Below, piece after piece: positions 50,865 through 63,415 of a stretch of 64,000 bases of DNA. Within the stretch, counting starts at the first letter, position 1, and every line of letters starts with the position of its first letter. Both the position numbers and the translations under genes were made by a program. This stretch comes from Octopus sinensis (taxonomy: Eukaryota): the NCBI RefSeq assembly GCF_006345805.1, contig NC_043001.1:47616001-47680000 (forward strand). Reading direction: 5' to 3'. A model generated the notes under the pieces. That model saw nothing but the letters and a program-made list of their open reading frames with translations, was not told where the DNA came from and did no database searches.

Positions 50865-51930
50865 GTTTAAAAATAGGTATCCACTTTGTCATATGCTTGT
50901 AAGATTTAAGTATGCTGTGAGAAATCTATGCACAATGGGTGGTCATCCAAACAGTTATCGTCTCATCAAGGATCCACTCAAGTAGAAATTACTGAAATTC
51001 TGGAATAAAAGCAGCAGCAACAAAGTTTGAAAAACTCTGGTGATCTGCAGTGAAGAAAAAATACAATGGCATGAGTAAAATATATATAATGACATAGGAA
51101 ACATCCTTAGGTATGCTTTCTGAACAAAGTACTCATTTTTATTTCTTATATCCATTTTACCATGTTATCATAGATAAGACCAGTAGCTTGATATCTTATT
51201 AGCAAATAATCACTTGTGAGCTAGTCAGACCAAGGTGAGTAGAGTATTTGTTAGCCAAATCAGTAATTACCTCAGAGAAGTAAACTCTTGGCAACCACAT
51301 TGAAGTCAGCCCCAACAATTACTGATACATAGGTGCAGGAGTGGTTGTGTGTAAGAAGCCTATTTCCCAACAACATGGTTTCAGGTTCAGTCCTACTGCC
51401 TGGCAAGACTTGTAAGTAGATTTGGTAAACAGAAACTGATAGAATAAGTACAAGGCTTAAAAAAAAGTCCTAGTGTCAATTTGTTCAACTAAAACCCTTC
51501 AAGGTGGTGCTCCAGCATTGCTACAGTCAAATGACTGAAACCACTAAAAGAATACTCTACAAAGCACAGGTGAAGCCCACAACTTAAAACTGCTCTCACA
51601 TTTGAAGTAGTGCAGCTGCTACAACTACTATTGCACAGACAAACATCCTAGACCACACTCAAAATAAAGCCACTCACTGGCAAACCTTAGCCTCAAGCAT
51701 ATAATTGTCTCTCTCTCCAACTATAATAGCCTTTACATCTCAAAGTTCGCTGGGTTCATGTCCACTCCATTCAGGCTTTCTCGACCCACTAGTCCTCTCC
51801 CTCTCCTATCACTCATGTGTCCAACTGCTAGGTCCCATGTTAATTACTGTGTCCAGTTCTTTCTTCTCAGAATGTTGGCCTTCAGGAATTCTCTCCCTGC
51901 CATGTCTTTTTCACAAGTGTTGACTTTTAA

Positions 51931-52151
51931 CCCTTTCGTTACCAACCCAGCCAAAACCAGCTCTGGCTCTGTAGTACAAATGTCTTGTTTTCATAAGTTT
52001 TGCATCAAAATATACCACCAAACCTTAGTCGCAATTTATATTCCTAATACTAGCTTAATGATAATTAAGTTATTTTACTAAATTCTTTGTTATATTTAAA
52101 ATAATTGAAAGAAACACAGAGCATCTCAAAATAAATACAGTAACGAAAGGG
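51931..52151. mobile_element. piggyBac-type MITE
   Basis: TTAA|CCCTTTCGTTAC...GTAACGAAAGGG|TTAA. Confidence 0.85.
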
Positions 52152-52699
52152 TTAAAGATTCAAGTAGGATGTTAATGGCACTAATCTCACTTGCCTAGGA
52201 GGACCTGGTAAAGACATGAGCACTAGTCTTTCTTTTAATCCCAACAAGAAAAAAAACAAAACAAAACAAAACAAATTGAGATTACATCCATATATCTTCT
52301 ATCTTCATTACAGTGTTGAACAAGTTTAGAACTATTTTAATCTTATTAACCATAGCAATTTTCTCGTCCCACTGCTTCTTTCAATCCTCATCTATTATGA
52401 TGTAACTTTGCTGAGACTTCTAGTGTGACTATAGGTAGTTTTGGCAAACTAGGCAAAATGCTTAGTGGCATTTCGTCTGTCATTATGCGCTGCATTCAAA
52501 TTCTGCAGGGGTGAATTTTACCTTTCATCCGTTTGGGGTTAATAAAATAAGTACCAGTTGTGTACTGAAGAGGGTCGGTGTCAATGTAAATGATTTACCC
52601 CTCCCTGAACTTACAGGCTTTGCGCTCAAATTTAAAATCAATATGCTAGTGATTACAATGTGTGACTTTATAGGACCAATTTACAATTACAAAAAAACA

Positions 52700-53480
52700 C
52701 ACACACACACACACACATAAACTCATATGATCATATGTGGAATTTTCTCTCGCTAGCAACAACACAAAATATTGTTTACTTGAAGATTCTAAACTAGAAA
52801 AGATCGTCGCTGTTGTTGTCTAGTTTCTAGCCATCCTTGATTCAGCTGAACTTATGATTAAATCGGTGTCAAACGTAAGAAACAGATAATTTTTTTCCGT
52901 ATAACAGAGACTGTATTCGTGTGATTTCGTTATTTTTAAGACGGAAGTGTGTGATTTAAAGGAGATTTAACTGCAAGGTCAGAAGACCGTTTAGAGACAA
53001 CTAAACAGTGTTAACAGTGGGGTGAGGTTTAGCCCAGAGCGAGCAGATCTATGATCAATGATGTTCCATGATCAATATGTCTTCCTATACATACATGATA
53101 GGGCTAAATTACCCAACGTGTCATTCCAATTTTTAAGACGGTACGTTGCTATTTGAGAGATTTAGCTATCATTTCTTGCAGATTGAGCGACCAAAGGTAA
53201 CCTGCGCCAGTTACAACGAACAAAACCGAACAGACGCTCAGCGAGAAGGTAATTCTAGGTTTTTTTTTAGGATTCTTCGTTGGAAAAGGACTGACGTTGT
53301 TTGATCGATGATCATCCTTGCCCCAAACAGACATGCTATAGAAGCTGCCCCACTGCGTGTTTTGTTTTAGGTAGTGACTACATTAACCAATGTCTTTCCA
53401 GGGGAAGATTTGGCAGCAGTATCTTGGAGGTCGAGCCATCGTGTAAAATAACCCTCATGGGCTCAGGCTAACTGAATATA
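52700..53480. promoter_or_regulatory. CpG-richer, repeat-poor island upstream of MTRF1L; possible promoter/5'UTR region
   Basis: Local rise in CG dinucleotides 2-2.5 kb upstream of the MTRF1L ATG. Transcription start and first exon not resolvable from sequence. Confidence 0.3.
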
Positions 53481-53940
53481 TATACACGCTTCAGGTCATA
53501 GTTTCTTCATAAGAATAAAAACAGCGGAAATTTTATGCACATACAAAATTAAAATTAAATAATAAGAAAAGAAAATCACATAAGCATGATAGTACTGTTT
53601 AATACCAATACTCAGAAGTAGTAATAAAAAAAAACAGTCATAATGAAAAACTAAAAGACAATGTTACCGTTTTAACTTCCCATGCCGAACATTAATAAGT
53701 GAAGGACACCGGGCGTTAGAAGGGGGATAACTCTTAGCAACTAAACCAATAATTTTCTCTTGGACAATATTTTTATTAAATTATTTGCTACCACTTGTTC
53801 GCCGCAATTCCAGAACATCTTACGCAAATGTTGGACGCATTTTTAGCTGATATTACGTTGGTTAAAAAAATCTTTATTTTGAATGCTTAAGAATAAATAA
53901 ATGAAATATTTAAAATGTAAAAATCAGTTCTTATTTATTA

Positions 53941-55150
53941 TTAGCTTGTCCGGAAAGTTCTCAACGTTTTTAAGTTAAAACTTTAGTGTTGCTTGAAGTG
54001 GTAGTGCATATCTTTTTTGTTCCTGACTAAAAGTAGATTTATCTTTCATTCCGGTTACCCTTTATTGACATTTGAAAATTTCATATTCGCGTTTTAATGC
54101 TTTTCTTTTTTTTTTTTAAAGAGAAAATGCTGCAAAGTCTTGCAAAAACATTTGTGAAGTTTATAGTGATGATGCTGTAAGTGAATCAACTGTTCGAAGG
54201 TGATTTGCAAAATTTAAAGCTGGAGAGTTTAGAGTGGTAGATGACAGTCGCAGTGGAAGACCTTCAAAATTGGAGGAAGATGTTTTGAAGGCAAAAATCG
54301 AAGAAAACTCAAATATTACGACTAGAGAACAAGTAAAGGAGCTGGAAGTTTCTAAAAGTACGGCTCATGAACACTAGTGAAGCTAGGATACATTTCTCGC
54401 CATAACGTATGTGTCCCTTACAAACTCTCAGTAGAGAAGTGCTTGGACCCGTATTCCGTTTGTGGTATGCTTTTGAGACGGAATGAAAGCATGCCTTTTT
54501 TTAAAACAACTTGTGACTGGAGATGAAAAATGGATTGTGTACGGAAACAGAGCGAAAAAGATCCTAGTGTTTGCGTAAGGATCCAGCAATACAGCAACCA
54601 AAGACGAATATCCATAGCAAAAAAAGCTATGCTCTATGTTTGGTGGGATCATAAAGGAATTATTTATTATGATCTTCTCCCACAAAACCAGATCTTTAAT
54701 CCTGATGTGTACTGTCGTCTCTTGGCTAATTTGAACCAAAAAAAATCAAAGAATTGAGGCCGGAGATTGCCATCAGGAAAGGGGTAGGGTTCCGACAAGA
54801 CAATGCACAACCACATATGTCTTTGGCTACCCGAACAAAGTTACATGAACTTGGGTAGGATCTCTTATTCCATCCGCCATATTTTCCTGGTATTGCACCA
54901 TCCGACTACCACTTAATTTTGTCTCTACAGAATTCAGTGCAAGGCAAAAATCATTTAACGATTTAAATGGAGTCAAAATGCATTTAGATAACTTTTTTTC
55001 TCTAAAACCAGTGAAATTCTATGTTAATGGAACATTTAAATTGCCTGATAGACGGGCAAAGGTCATAATGGAAATTGTTTCATTGAATAAAATTTATTGA
55101 AACGTCATTTTGCTTATTAAAAAACGCTCAGAACTTTTACGACGACCTAA
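53941..55150 (+). mobile_element. Full-length but inactivated mariner transposon
   Basis: About 30-bp TIRs (TTAGCTTGTCCGGAAAGTTCTCAACG / CGCTCAGAACTTTTACGACGACCTAA) flanked by TA. Transposase motifs VTGDEKW, QDNAQPH, HPPYFPGIAPSDYHL, with stops and frameshifts. Confidence 0.9.
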
Positions 55151-55949
55151 TATCTATTGTCTACTTGTTTCAATCAGTATGGATTGCAGCCATACTGAGG
55201 CAATCCCTTTAAGAAATTTTAGTCGAACGAATCGATCTCAGTACTTTTTCTTTAAGCCTAGTACTAATTCAATCACTTTCTTTTTGCCAAACTGCCAAGG
55301 TACGGAGACGTAATCACATCAACATCCATTGTCAAGCAGAGATGAAGGACAAACACAAACAGAAACACACACACACATACATACACGATGAACTTCTTTC
55401 AGTTTCCATCTACTGTACCCACTCACAAGGTTTTGGTCAGCCCGAGGCCACAGCAGAAGACACTCACCCAAGGTGCCAGGCAGTGAGACTGAACACGGAA
55501 CCAAGTGGTTGGGAAGCAAGCTTCTTATCATACAGCCACGCATGGAATTCCAATTTTGAAGAGAAACTTTCAAATAACAACTATAAAATATGTTTGGTCT
55601 TCAACAAAACTAACAGGCCAGATTATGAAGAATACACAAGAGTCTGTACATATTTTCGGTTTGCTAAAAATAACTGCCAAACGACCTCAAATCAAAGCAC
55701 ACCATTGTAAAAAGAGAATAGCATTTTGGACAATGTAGGCCTAAATTTAAGTACCCATTAATACATACACACACAGACATGTGTATGCAGCACACAAGCA
55801 TGTTAGCTCTGCTACAAGCATGATAGTTTTGGTCTTCGATACTATGCCAATTTCTCAGTTCGAAACACATGTATGGGTGGCGCAAATAAATAGATAAATA
55901 AATAATTAAAATAAAACAAAAGATTGAAATATGGGATCAAGATAGTTTG

Positions 55950-56260
55950 TAAAGAACAGTTAAACACAGGGAAGTTGATGTGACAGCATGGAGGGCTGAT
56001 TGGGAGATAAGCAGACCAGAGTTCATTTTTTGATGGAAATGTAAATGGATCGAAATACTGCGAAAAACTCCAAAAAGAATGATGTATTACCAATCTGTTC
56101 CAATGTAAGAATCTTTAAGAAGACCACTCCTTTTGAAGATAATGGACACTCATATCATACAAGAAAGGTACCATACAACTGGAAAAGAACACTGAATCGA
56201 TTTTCAGAAATGGGTGGTCTAAGTCAGTCCAATAGTACAAGTATAAGAGAAACTTGATAG
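55950..56260 (+). mobile_element. Tc1-like transposase remnant
   Basis: DGNVNGSKYCEKLQK and DNGHSYHTRK resemble the Tc1 DDE region; heavily decayed. Confidence 0.45.
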
Positions 56261-56368
56261 AAAGTTGCAATCAAGATTGTAGAAAATTACAAAGTTGTAT
56301 TCACCAAATAGAGTAGATAAATAAGGACAATTCAATCAAATCCCTACTTAATTGGGTGAAAGTGGTAA

Positions 56369-56758
56369 TCTATATATATATATAAAGCTGAAGTTGTCTG
56401 TGTGTGGCAGGATGGTAGCCTTCAACTAACACTATCTCCTCCGAAACCCTACGGCGCAAGTTGACCAAAATTGAGATTATGATAGAAGGCTTGCACTTCA
56501 TTCCGCAGAAGATAAAATTCAAATCGAACCATGTTAAGACCAAAAATTATTTACATCAAAAAGGTGCTTTTTTTCTATGAAAATCCCTATTTTTTACGAT
56601 TTTTTTACTGCTGTGTCGCCATTTTTCGGTGTATTTCAACCAGAAAAATGCTCACTTAAAGAGAATAGCAAGCTACATAATGCAAAATTTTTACTTTTCA
56701 AAAATTCCAATTTTAAAGGGTCGAAACAAACCCGAGCAACGCCGGGCAATATTGCTAG
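56369..56758 (+). mobile_element. Non-autonomous Helitron (same termini as 46464-46958)
   Basis: A|TC-(TA)n 5' end; identical CCCGAGCAACGCCGGG hairpin and CTAG|T. Confidence 0.85.
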
Positions 56759-57576
56759 TATTAGCTAAAAGATGACCAACAAAGCAAAGTACTGAGACGT
56801 ACTTTCATTAATTTTGGATAGTTTTTCATTAAGTTATTTATTGCAAGTTAAATTAACGCTGCGTTTTATTACCGCGGCAATAAAGTTATTGTAGACCGAT
56901 GTAAACACACACGCGCACGCACATATATAGAGATGTATGTATATACTTTATGTATATCCACGCACATACATGTTTACACATACGTATACATATATGCATA
57001 TATATATATTAAGATATAATTAACGTTCAGTTGAATTAGGCTCGTAAATTGAGGCACCAAGCCAGTTCGGTATAGTCCGCGTAGCTCCAAGTTAGGTGAA
57101 CAAAATGCAAACAAGCAACAAGAATATCCAGGTATCAATGCATTACGGCCGTTTCAAGCGGCTCCTTTTAATCGATCGATGAAAACTTTACATCAATTCG
57201 AAAGAAACCACTCTCCCCAGAAGTAGATGGCCATACAGATTTCCAACATAAAACATAAACCATTTTTTGCAAATTTATATCAATACTAGAAACCAAAATA
57301 ATTACATTTGTTTCCTTATGTTATATTTGAGGCAGAATGAATTTAGAGAATGATGTATATCTTATTAAGTCTACTATTTAGCCACTCTCTAAACATATAA
57401 TTAACTATAATTACAATACAGAGCACACGTGGAACCTACCTGCTAGAAAGAGGAGCTAAATCCTCCAGTAAATCACCGAGTTACAATGAAAATATACATC
57501 GGATCAATTATTAAAATTTTCTGCTGATTATAATAATAACAATAATATTTATATAAATATTCATTTGAAAATTTAC

Positions 57577-57577
57577 G

Positions 57578-57660
<83 letters not shown>

Positions 57661-57689
57661 TATGTTATATATATATGTATATATATATG

Positions 57690-57776
<87 letters not shown>

Positions 57777-58242
57777 AGATGTGTTTGTAAGACAGGGGTG
57801 TGTATTTGTGTATATACATATATAACTCAATTGTATATTCAAGTTTTGCGGCGATGGTGAATGTTTTACGGTTTATGGCTTTTTTGCGTATGTGTATTTA
57901 TTTGTATTTACGTCTATCCGCATATGCATGTGCGTACAGACTACGTTTTGTACATCCGTGTATGTATGTGTATGTGCGTATAGAGATGTGTATATGAGTA
58001 TTTTGATGCGTGCATGAGTATATTTGCGTGTGTATGTGCGTGTATACGTAGACATATATATGCATATGTGTGTTTGTATGTATATGTACAGGCGTGTGTG
58101 AGTATGTATATAGATATATATGCATACGTGTGTGTGTGTGTGCATACATGTATGTGTGTATATGTGTGCATATGCGGATTCCTTTATTCTTTTCTTGTCA
58201 TATTATAACATACATACATACATACATACATACATACATACA

Positions 58243-58274
<32 letters not shown>

Positions 58275-58370
58275 CATACATACATACATACATACATACA
58301 TACATACATACATACATACATACATACATACATACATACATACATACATACATACATACATACATACATA
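57577..58370. repeat. Compound microsatellite field (TA)n/(TATG)n/(TG)n/(TACA)n
   Basis: Directly visible; source of many YIYI/VCVC/HTYI pseudo-ORFs. Confidence 0.95.
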
Positions 58371-58390
58371 CGGTAAAATTATATCTAATA

Positions 58391-58564
58391 ATAACAATGA
58401 GGGTCTTTGCAACAAGTTGCTAGACCACATACCGAAAGTATTAGAAATAGCAGCCAGAGGACTGTTATTTCTTTGTAGTAAAAGAAATAACAGTCCTCTG
58501 GCTGCTAATTCTAATACTTTCGGTATGTGGTCTAGCAACTTGTTGCAAAGACCCTCATTGTTAT
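58391..58564. repeat. Near-perfect 84-bp inverted repeat (hairpin/MITE)
   Basis: 58391-58474 pairs with 58481-58564 with one mismatch; 6-nt loop GTAGTA. Confidence 0.9.
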
Positions 58565-58585
58565 AATTATATATATATACATACA

Positions 58586-58668
<83 letters not shown>

Positions 58669-59245
58669 GACACACATATACACACACACAGTGTTATGCG
58701 TGCGCTTACGTAGGTGAGAGTTATACTAACTATTGAATGTAAAGTTTGAGCTGATAGAAACGTTTGCACGCCGGGCGAAATGCTTAACAGTATTTCGTCT
58801 GTCTTTACGTTCAAAGTTCAAATTCCGCCGTGGTCGACTAAATTAAGTACCAGTTGCATACTGGAGTCGGTCTAATTGACTGGCTGTCTCCCCCAAAATT
58901 TCGGGCCTTGTGCCTAGAGTAGAAAAGTAAAGTTTACAGTTTAGGCCACTGATCTCCCTTGTGTATCACGCTCTTTAGTCATCGAAAGTTTGACCAACTT
59001 TCTTAATTACAGGTGTGTGTCAGTCAATAACGAACCTGTTTATTAAGACAGGCATACACATTTAAAAAGGTGAGCAAATATATCTCTTATCACCGTGTTA
59101 CAAATTTTATTAGAGGAAAAGAAAGAAGGACGCTCCAAAATAATTATTGTTTCCCATCTCAGAAAGTAATTACCTGTGTACAAGTTTTTATCTCACCTGT
59201 CCTAAATAATCGTTCAAAGCAATCACAACGACTTAACTATTCAAA

Positions 59246-59797
59246 ATGGCGCTTTTCATTAATCGTTTCTTCTGTTGGAGTTTAGAGACTGCCACATTCG
59301 CTGGTTACGTCTATGCTTCGATAACTATATTTTTCGCCCTGATTTTGCGTCTTCTAGATCTCGGAGCTATTGGTACCGACTTCGAAATCAGCAAAGGTTT
59401 TCATACCAACTGGAGGTCACATTCCTGGGAAAGTTTCCTATCCTGTGATGTCATAATGGTGATATGTCACATTGTCGTGATGTTTCTAAGTTTGTTTATG
59501 ATCTTCCTCACCTCACGTCGACATTTTCTCATCACTCTCAACTGGACAAAAGCGTTCGTTATCCTCTTTGGTTGTTATACTTTCATCGAATTTGGCATTT
59601 CCATTTTTGAGTTCTCTTACTATCGCATGTACACCTTCCGACTGGCCTACGTTGTATTTATTTGGTTGTACTGGGTAGTCAGGACTATAGCAAACGTCAC
59701 TATGACCGTAGTTATTTCTTCAAGACACACTCAGATGATCAACCAAGTCGAACAGGAATTACGCTTCTCTGGAGGATTTAAAAAAGATTATTTCTAA
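59246..59797 (+). CDS. Uncharacterised four-transmembrane protein, 183 aa, intronless CDS
   Basis: Longest ORF in the track (183 aa), non-repetitive, good start context AAAATGG, four hydrophobic segments. An upstream acceptor TTCTTAATTACAG| (59012) suggests a non-coding first exon. Overall layout resembles LAPTM/DUF4728-like tetra-spanners (inference). Confidence 0.8.
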   Translation: MALFINRFFCWSLETATFAGYVYASITIFFALILRLLDLGAIGTDFEISKGFHTNWRSHSWESFLSCDVIMVICHIVVMFLSLFMIFLTSRRHFLITLNWTKAFVILFGCYTFIEFGISIFEFSYYRMYTFRLAYVVFIWLYWVVRTIANVTMTVVISSRHTQMINQVEQELRFSGGFKKDYF

Positions 59798-59806
59798 GTT
59801 ATGACG

Positions 59807-59849
<43 letters not shown>

Positions 59850-60560
59850 AAAAAAAAAGTCACTGCAGAAAACACTATTAATTGTAATTACAATAATAAT
59901 ATGTATTACAATACATTAGTCCTTTTTCACAACACACATGAACCTCGCTGAACTTGCTGTATCTTCTCTTACATATACAAACCTAGAAAAGTTATGGTCC
60001 ATAACTTTTTTTGAATTTTGCGTACAATTACTTCCCTGCCAAATCAAACATTCTTGGGGGTTTGTTTTTTTTTCCGTGAAAAAGAAGTGTGGGGCGACTG
60101 TCTGAACAATGATAAGGTATGAATGAATCGCTCAAATATTCTGAAAGAGCGCTCCCTGTTTCTTCTACATAAATTTTCAAGGAGCGATGACAGTCCCAAT
60201 GAAAATTTCTCTCGTTAAACCGCACACCACTTACCTTGCTATTTTGCCAACTTTATAGTTTTCTAACTTGAAAAGTAAAAATACCCAAAACTATAGATAG
60301 CAGGAATGTTCTCCCCATCCCCAAGTTCCTCACTGATTTTTAAGATCTCTTGGTCAAAGATGCAGAAATGAAGGTATAATCGATGTTTACAATATTTTTT
60401 GTAATGTGATCAACAAAAGTTTAATCCCTTTACGCAGTAATTATTATTATTATACTGTTTATTTATCTTTTATTTTTTTCAAATTCCAAGAAATAATTTT
60501 GTTTTATTCGTTTCTCTTACCTGTTGCTATCAATTAAAGATTCTGTGTGTGTGTATATAT

Positions 60561-60595
<35 letters not shown>

Positions 60596-61073
60596 GTTGC
60601 TATTATGCAAAAGGAGTCGTTGCTTTTTCAGAAAACGAAAAACTAGTCTCACCATTCCATAGCAAAATCGATGTACTACACTTCGACAATTTTTTTATAT
60701 CTTGGCATCAGAAACAGCTGGAGATACAATAGTTTGACCAAAAGAACCTGCTATTGCAAGTAAAAAAAAATGATGAAAGAAACACACTTTTGGACATGCG
60801 ATTGTTTAACATAATAGCATTATATATACATATATATATACAATGTTCTTTGTCTTCACTTCAGCTTTATTTCTCCTTCTTATTATTTAGCGTCCTTTGT
60901 CACAAAAGACACTAAAATAATATATTAATGCTTTTTATATTAAACGAAAATTGTTTGTGTACACGCATTCCATTTGTTCTTGTAGGTTTTTAAAATATAA
61001 ACAATACAACATAACTATAGTTTGATGCCCTACTCCTCACCGTTTCGTCGTAACTTTATTGCTTTTTACCTCT

Positions 61074-61182
61074 TGATGAAATTTTATTTGTTTAAAAAGT
61101 GATGAAATTTTATTTGTTTAAAAAGTGATGAAATTTTATTTGTTTAAAAAGGGATGAAATTTTGTTTGTTTAAAAAGTGATG
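61074..61182. repeat. 26-bp minisatellite, about 4 copies
   Basis: TGATGAAATTTTATTTGTTTAAAAAG repeated at 61074, 61100, 61126 and 61152. Confidence 0.9.
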
Positions 61183-62359
61183 GAAAATGAAATTTGAGTA
61201 ACTCGTACTAAGTTTTTAATATTTACGCTGTAGTGAAGACCTGGAATATATGTTCCGAAGTTTCATTTCATTCATCCTTAAACTTAATTATATTTCTGTA
61301 TAATTATACACGCACATACACATTCCTCATAAACAATAAAATTTAACAATACCATTTTCTTTTTGTATCCCATTTTCACACACACATATTCTGAATTACT
61401 AAATTTATTTTTGAGCCAGTATTCTTTTTAAAGAAAATATCCCATTATTAATGAATTAAGAATATTCAGGACTACACGTTTGTAGGAAGGGAAAGCGAAA
61501 AGTAGAAGTGGAGTAATTCTGAGACCTTAAATTTCTATGAAGTACCATTACAAATACGCATTTAAGTTTATACAAATCTTTGGCTGGTGAATTAGGTAGA
61601 CAGACGTTCAGAATATTTTTCAAAATGACGTTTTTTTTTTGTTGTTTTTTTTTTGACAGAGTTAAGGTAACACCTGTTTTATTGATTGGAAATGTTTTCA
61701 TGTTATGACTATGCTTACAGGAAGTAGATTAGTCAGATAAATTTTTCAGTTCTCTTTGTAGACTACTACTTTACTGATTTAGTGATACGATGAATGGCAG
61801 CGCCCATGACATTTTATCGGTCTTTAATTAACTATTAGAAGAAAAACAAAAGGTTACCTTCTTTTTTATTAAACACAGAAAAATCGATCACATGAAAATT
61901 TCTTGCTTTTATTCTAAAATATTCAGCTAATAAAGAGAATAGAGCCGAGGCTAACTCCTTCCCTCCTGCCATCAGTCTCGCGGAGGGAGCGGGAGACTGC
62001 AAAAAGTAAGGCTCATGAGTGCTACTCTTCCTTGCTTGACTAACTTGATGAAAAAATAGGTTACATTTCAAATTAAACGAGCGCAATAATCTCCACTCAG
62101 AAAGTTGGTCTTGTTATTTGAAATGTTATAGAGTTGGTCCAATTTTAATCTCTCTCTCTCTCTCGCCCTCTGCAATAGTTTCACACCACGATAAAATCAA
62201 AAAGCAAATAAAGTAGGGGTAAGTGAAAATCGCGTCACTATTTAGTTAAGAGAAAATAAAACAAAACCCGGAAATTCATGGCCTGCTTCAAAGATAATAT
62301 TAACAACAGTAACATAGGAGGTTCAACAGGTCTAATAGCATTATATAGCTATAATATTT

Positions 62360-62693
62360 AAAGTTAGCACAAGGCATGCGGAAACAGCATCGACCTGTTT
62401 AGAAATAGGAGCTAAATTCCTAATACAACCGCCGGAAAGCACCAAATAACAGAAAAACAACAGTAAGCAAGGAAACGGATAAAGAATTAAGACATTAAAA
62501 AAAGCATACCTTTAAAGAATATGCCATTCAGAAACTCATATACCTTGGTTTCGGATTCTGGCCCATATCCGTTTCCTCGCCAACTGTTGTTTTTCTGTTA
62601 TTTGGTGCTTTCCGGCGGTTGAATTAGGAATTTAGCAACTATTTCTAAATAGGTCGATCGTGTTTCCCCATTCTCATGCCTTGTGCTAAGTTT
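62360..62693. mobile_element. MITE with TIRs of about 120 bp
   Basis: TTAGCACAAGGCATG...CGACCTGTTTAGAAATAG...GGAAACGGATA is mirrored at 62565-62693. Confidence 0.8.
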
Positions 62694-62796
62694 ATATATA
62701 TATATATATATATCCAAATTGAGATAGGGGTTGTAAATGCAACCCTCCATGGGATAACATATATTCGATATACTGCTAGTGAAGTACCCAACAAAG

Positions 62797-62842
<46 letters not shown>

Positions 62843-63186
62843 TAAATGAGGGTGAAAAATTAGATATTAATTTAATAATACCATCAGTTTAACACCAAGT
62901 GTTATATATGGTACGGCTATCATCTGTCAAGATGAAGCAATCATTGTATATATATATATGTATATCTATATTCATATATACGTACACACAACTCTATTAC
63001 TTGCCTATGGTGTAATCCTTTTTTGAAAAACATTGTATTTCAGTATCCTGCTCATCTAAAAAGATTCCCTCTCGTCTTAATACCAACCTTAATTTACATT
63101 CCAAATTGAAACTTCTTTCCTTGTGATAAGTATTGATGAACTGACTTGCTGTTCTCTCAATGAAAATTAAACTGTCATTGAATTTA

Positions 63187-63415
63187 CATTATTTACATTT
63201 GACGGATATTTGTCCTCATCTTGTTTGTTGTTAACACAACAGTTCGGCTGATGTATTCTCCAGCCTTCATCAGGTGTCCTGGGGGAATTTCGAACCTGAT
63301 GAAAGCTGGAGAGTACATCAGCCGAACCATTGCGTTAACAACAAACAAGATGAGGATAAATATCCGTCAAATGTAAATAATGTATATAATTCCTGTTCCC
63401 TCAAATATAGAACTG
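63187..63415. mobile_element. Fold-back element made of two inverted degenerate hammerhead-bearing Penelope-type pLTR arms
   Basis: Arms 63185-63274 and 63295-63384 are inverted copies, each with CTGATGAA-(A/G)GCTG...CAGCC-GAAC. A 14-bp direct repeat TGTCATTGAATTTA flanks the element (63173-63186, 63416-63429). Confidence 0.75.

Noticed and set aside
57140-57200. Minus-strand GAAACGGCCGTA resembling hammerhead stem III
   Set aside because: No CUGANGA core upstream and no convincing stem II.
57565-58423. Numerous ORFs of YIYI/VCVC/HTYI type (also about 149-546, 954-1256, 9331-9660, 19334-19836, 21368-21888, 47319-47568, 48035-48510)
   Set aside because: Translations of stop-free microsatellites; no coding signal.
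59780-59797. C-terminal KKDYF as an ER-retrieval signal
   Set aside because: Lysines are at -5/-4, not the canonical -3/-4 or -3/-5 positions.
60028-62086. Series of good-looking minus-strand splice sites (61858, 60650, 60518, 60231-60262) and an ATG-led MAGGKELASALF... segment
   Set aside because: Could not be joined into a stop-free frame, and similar sites occur on the plus strand. A spliced non-coding RNA is not excluded but is unsupported.
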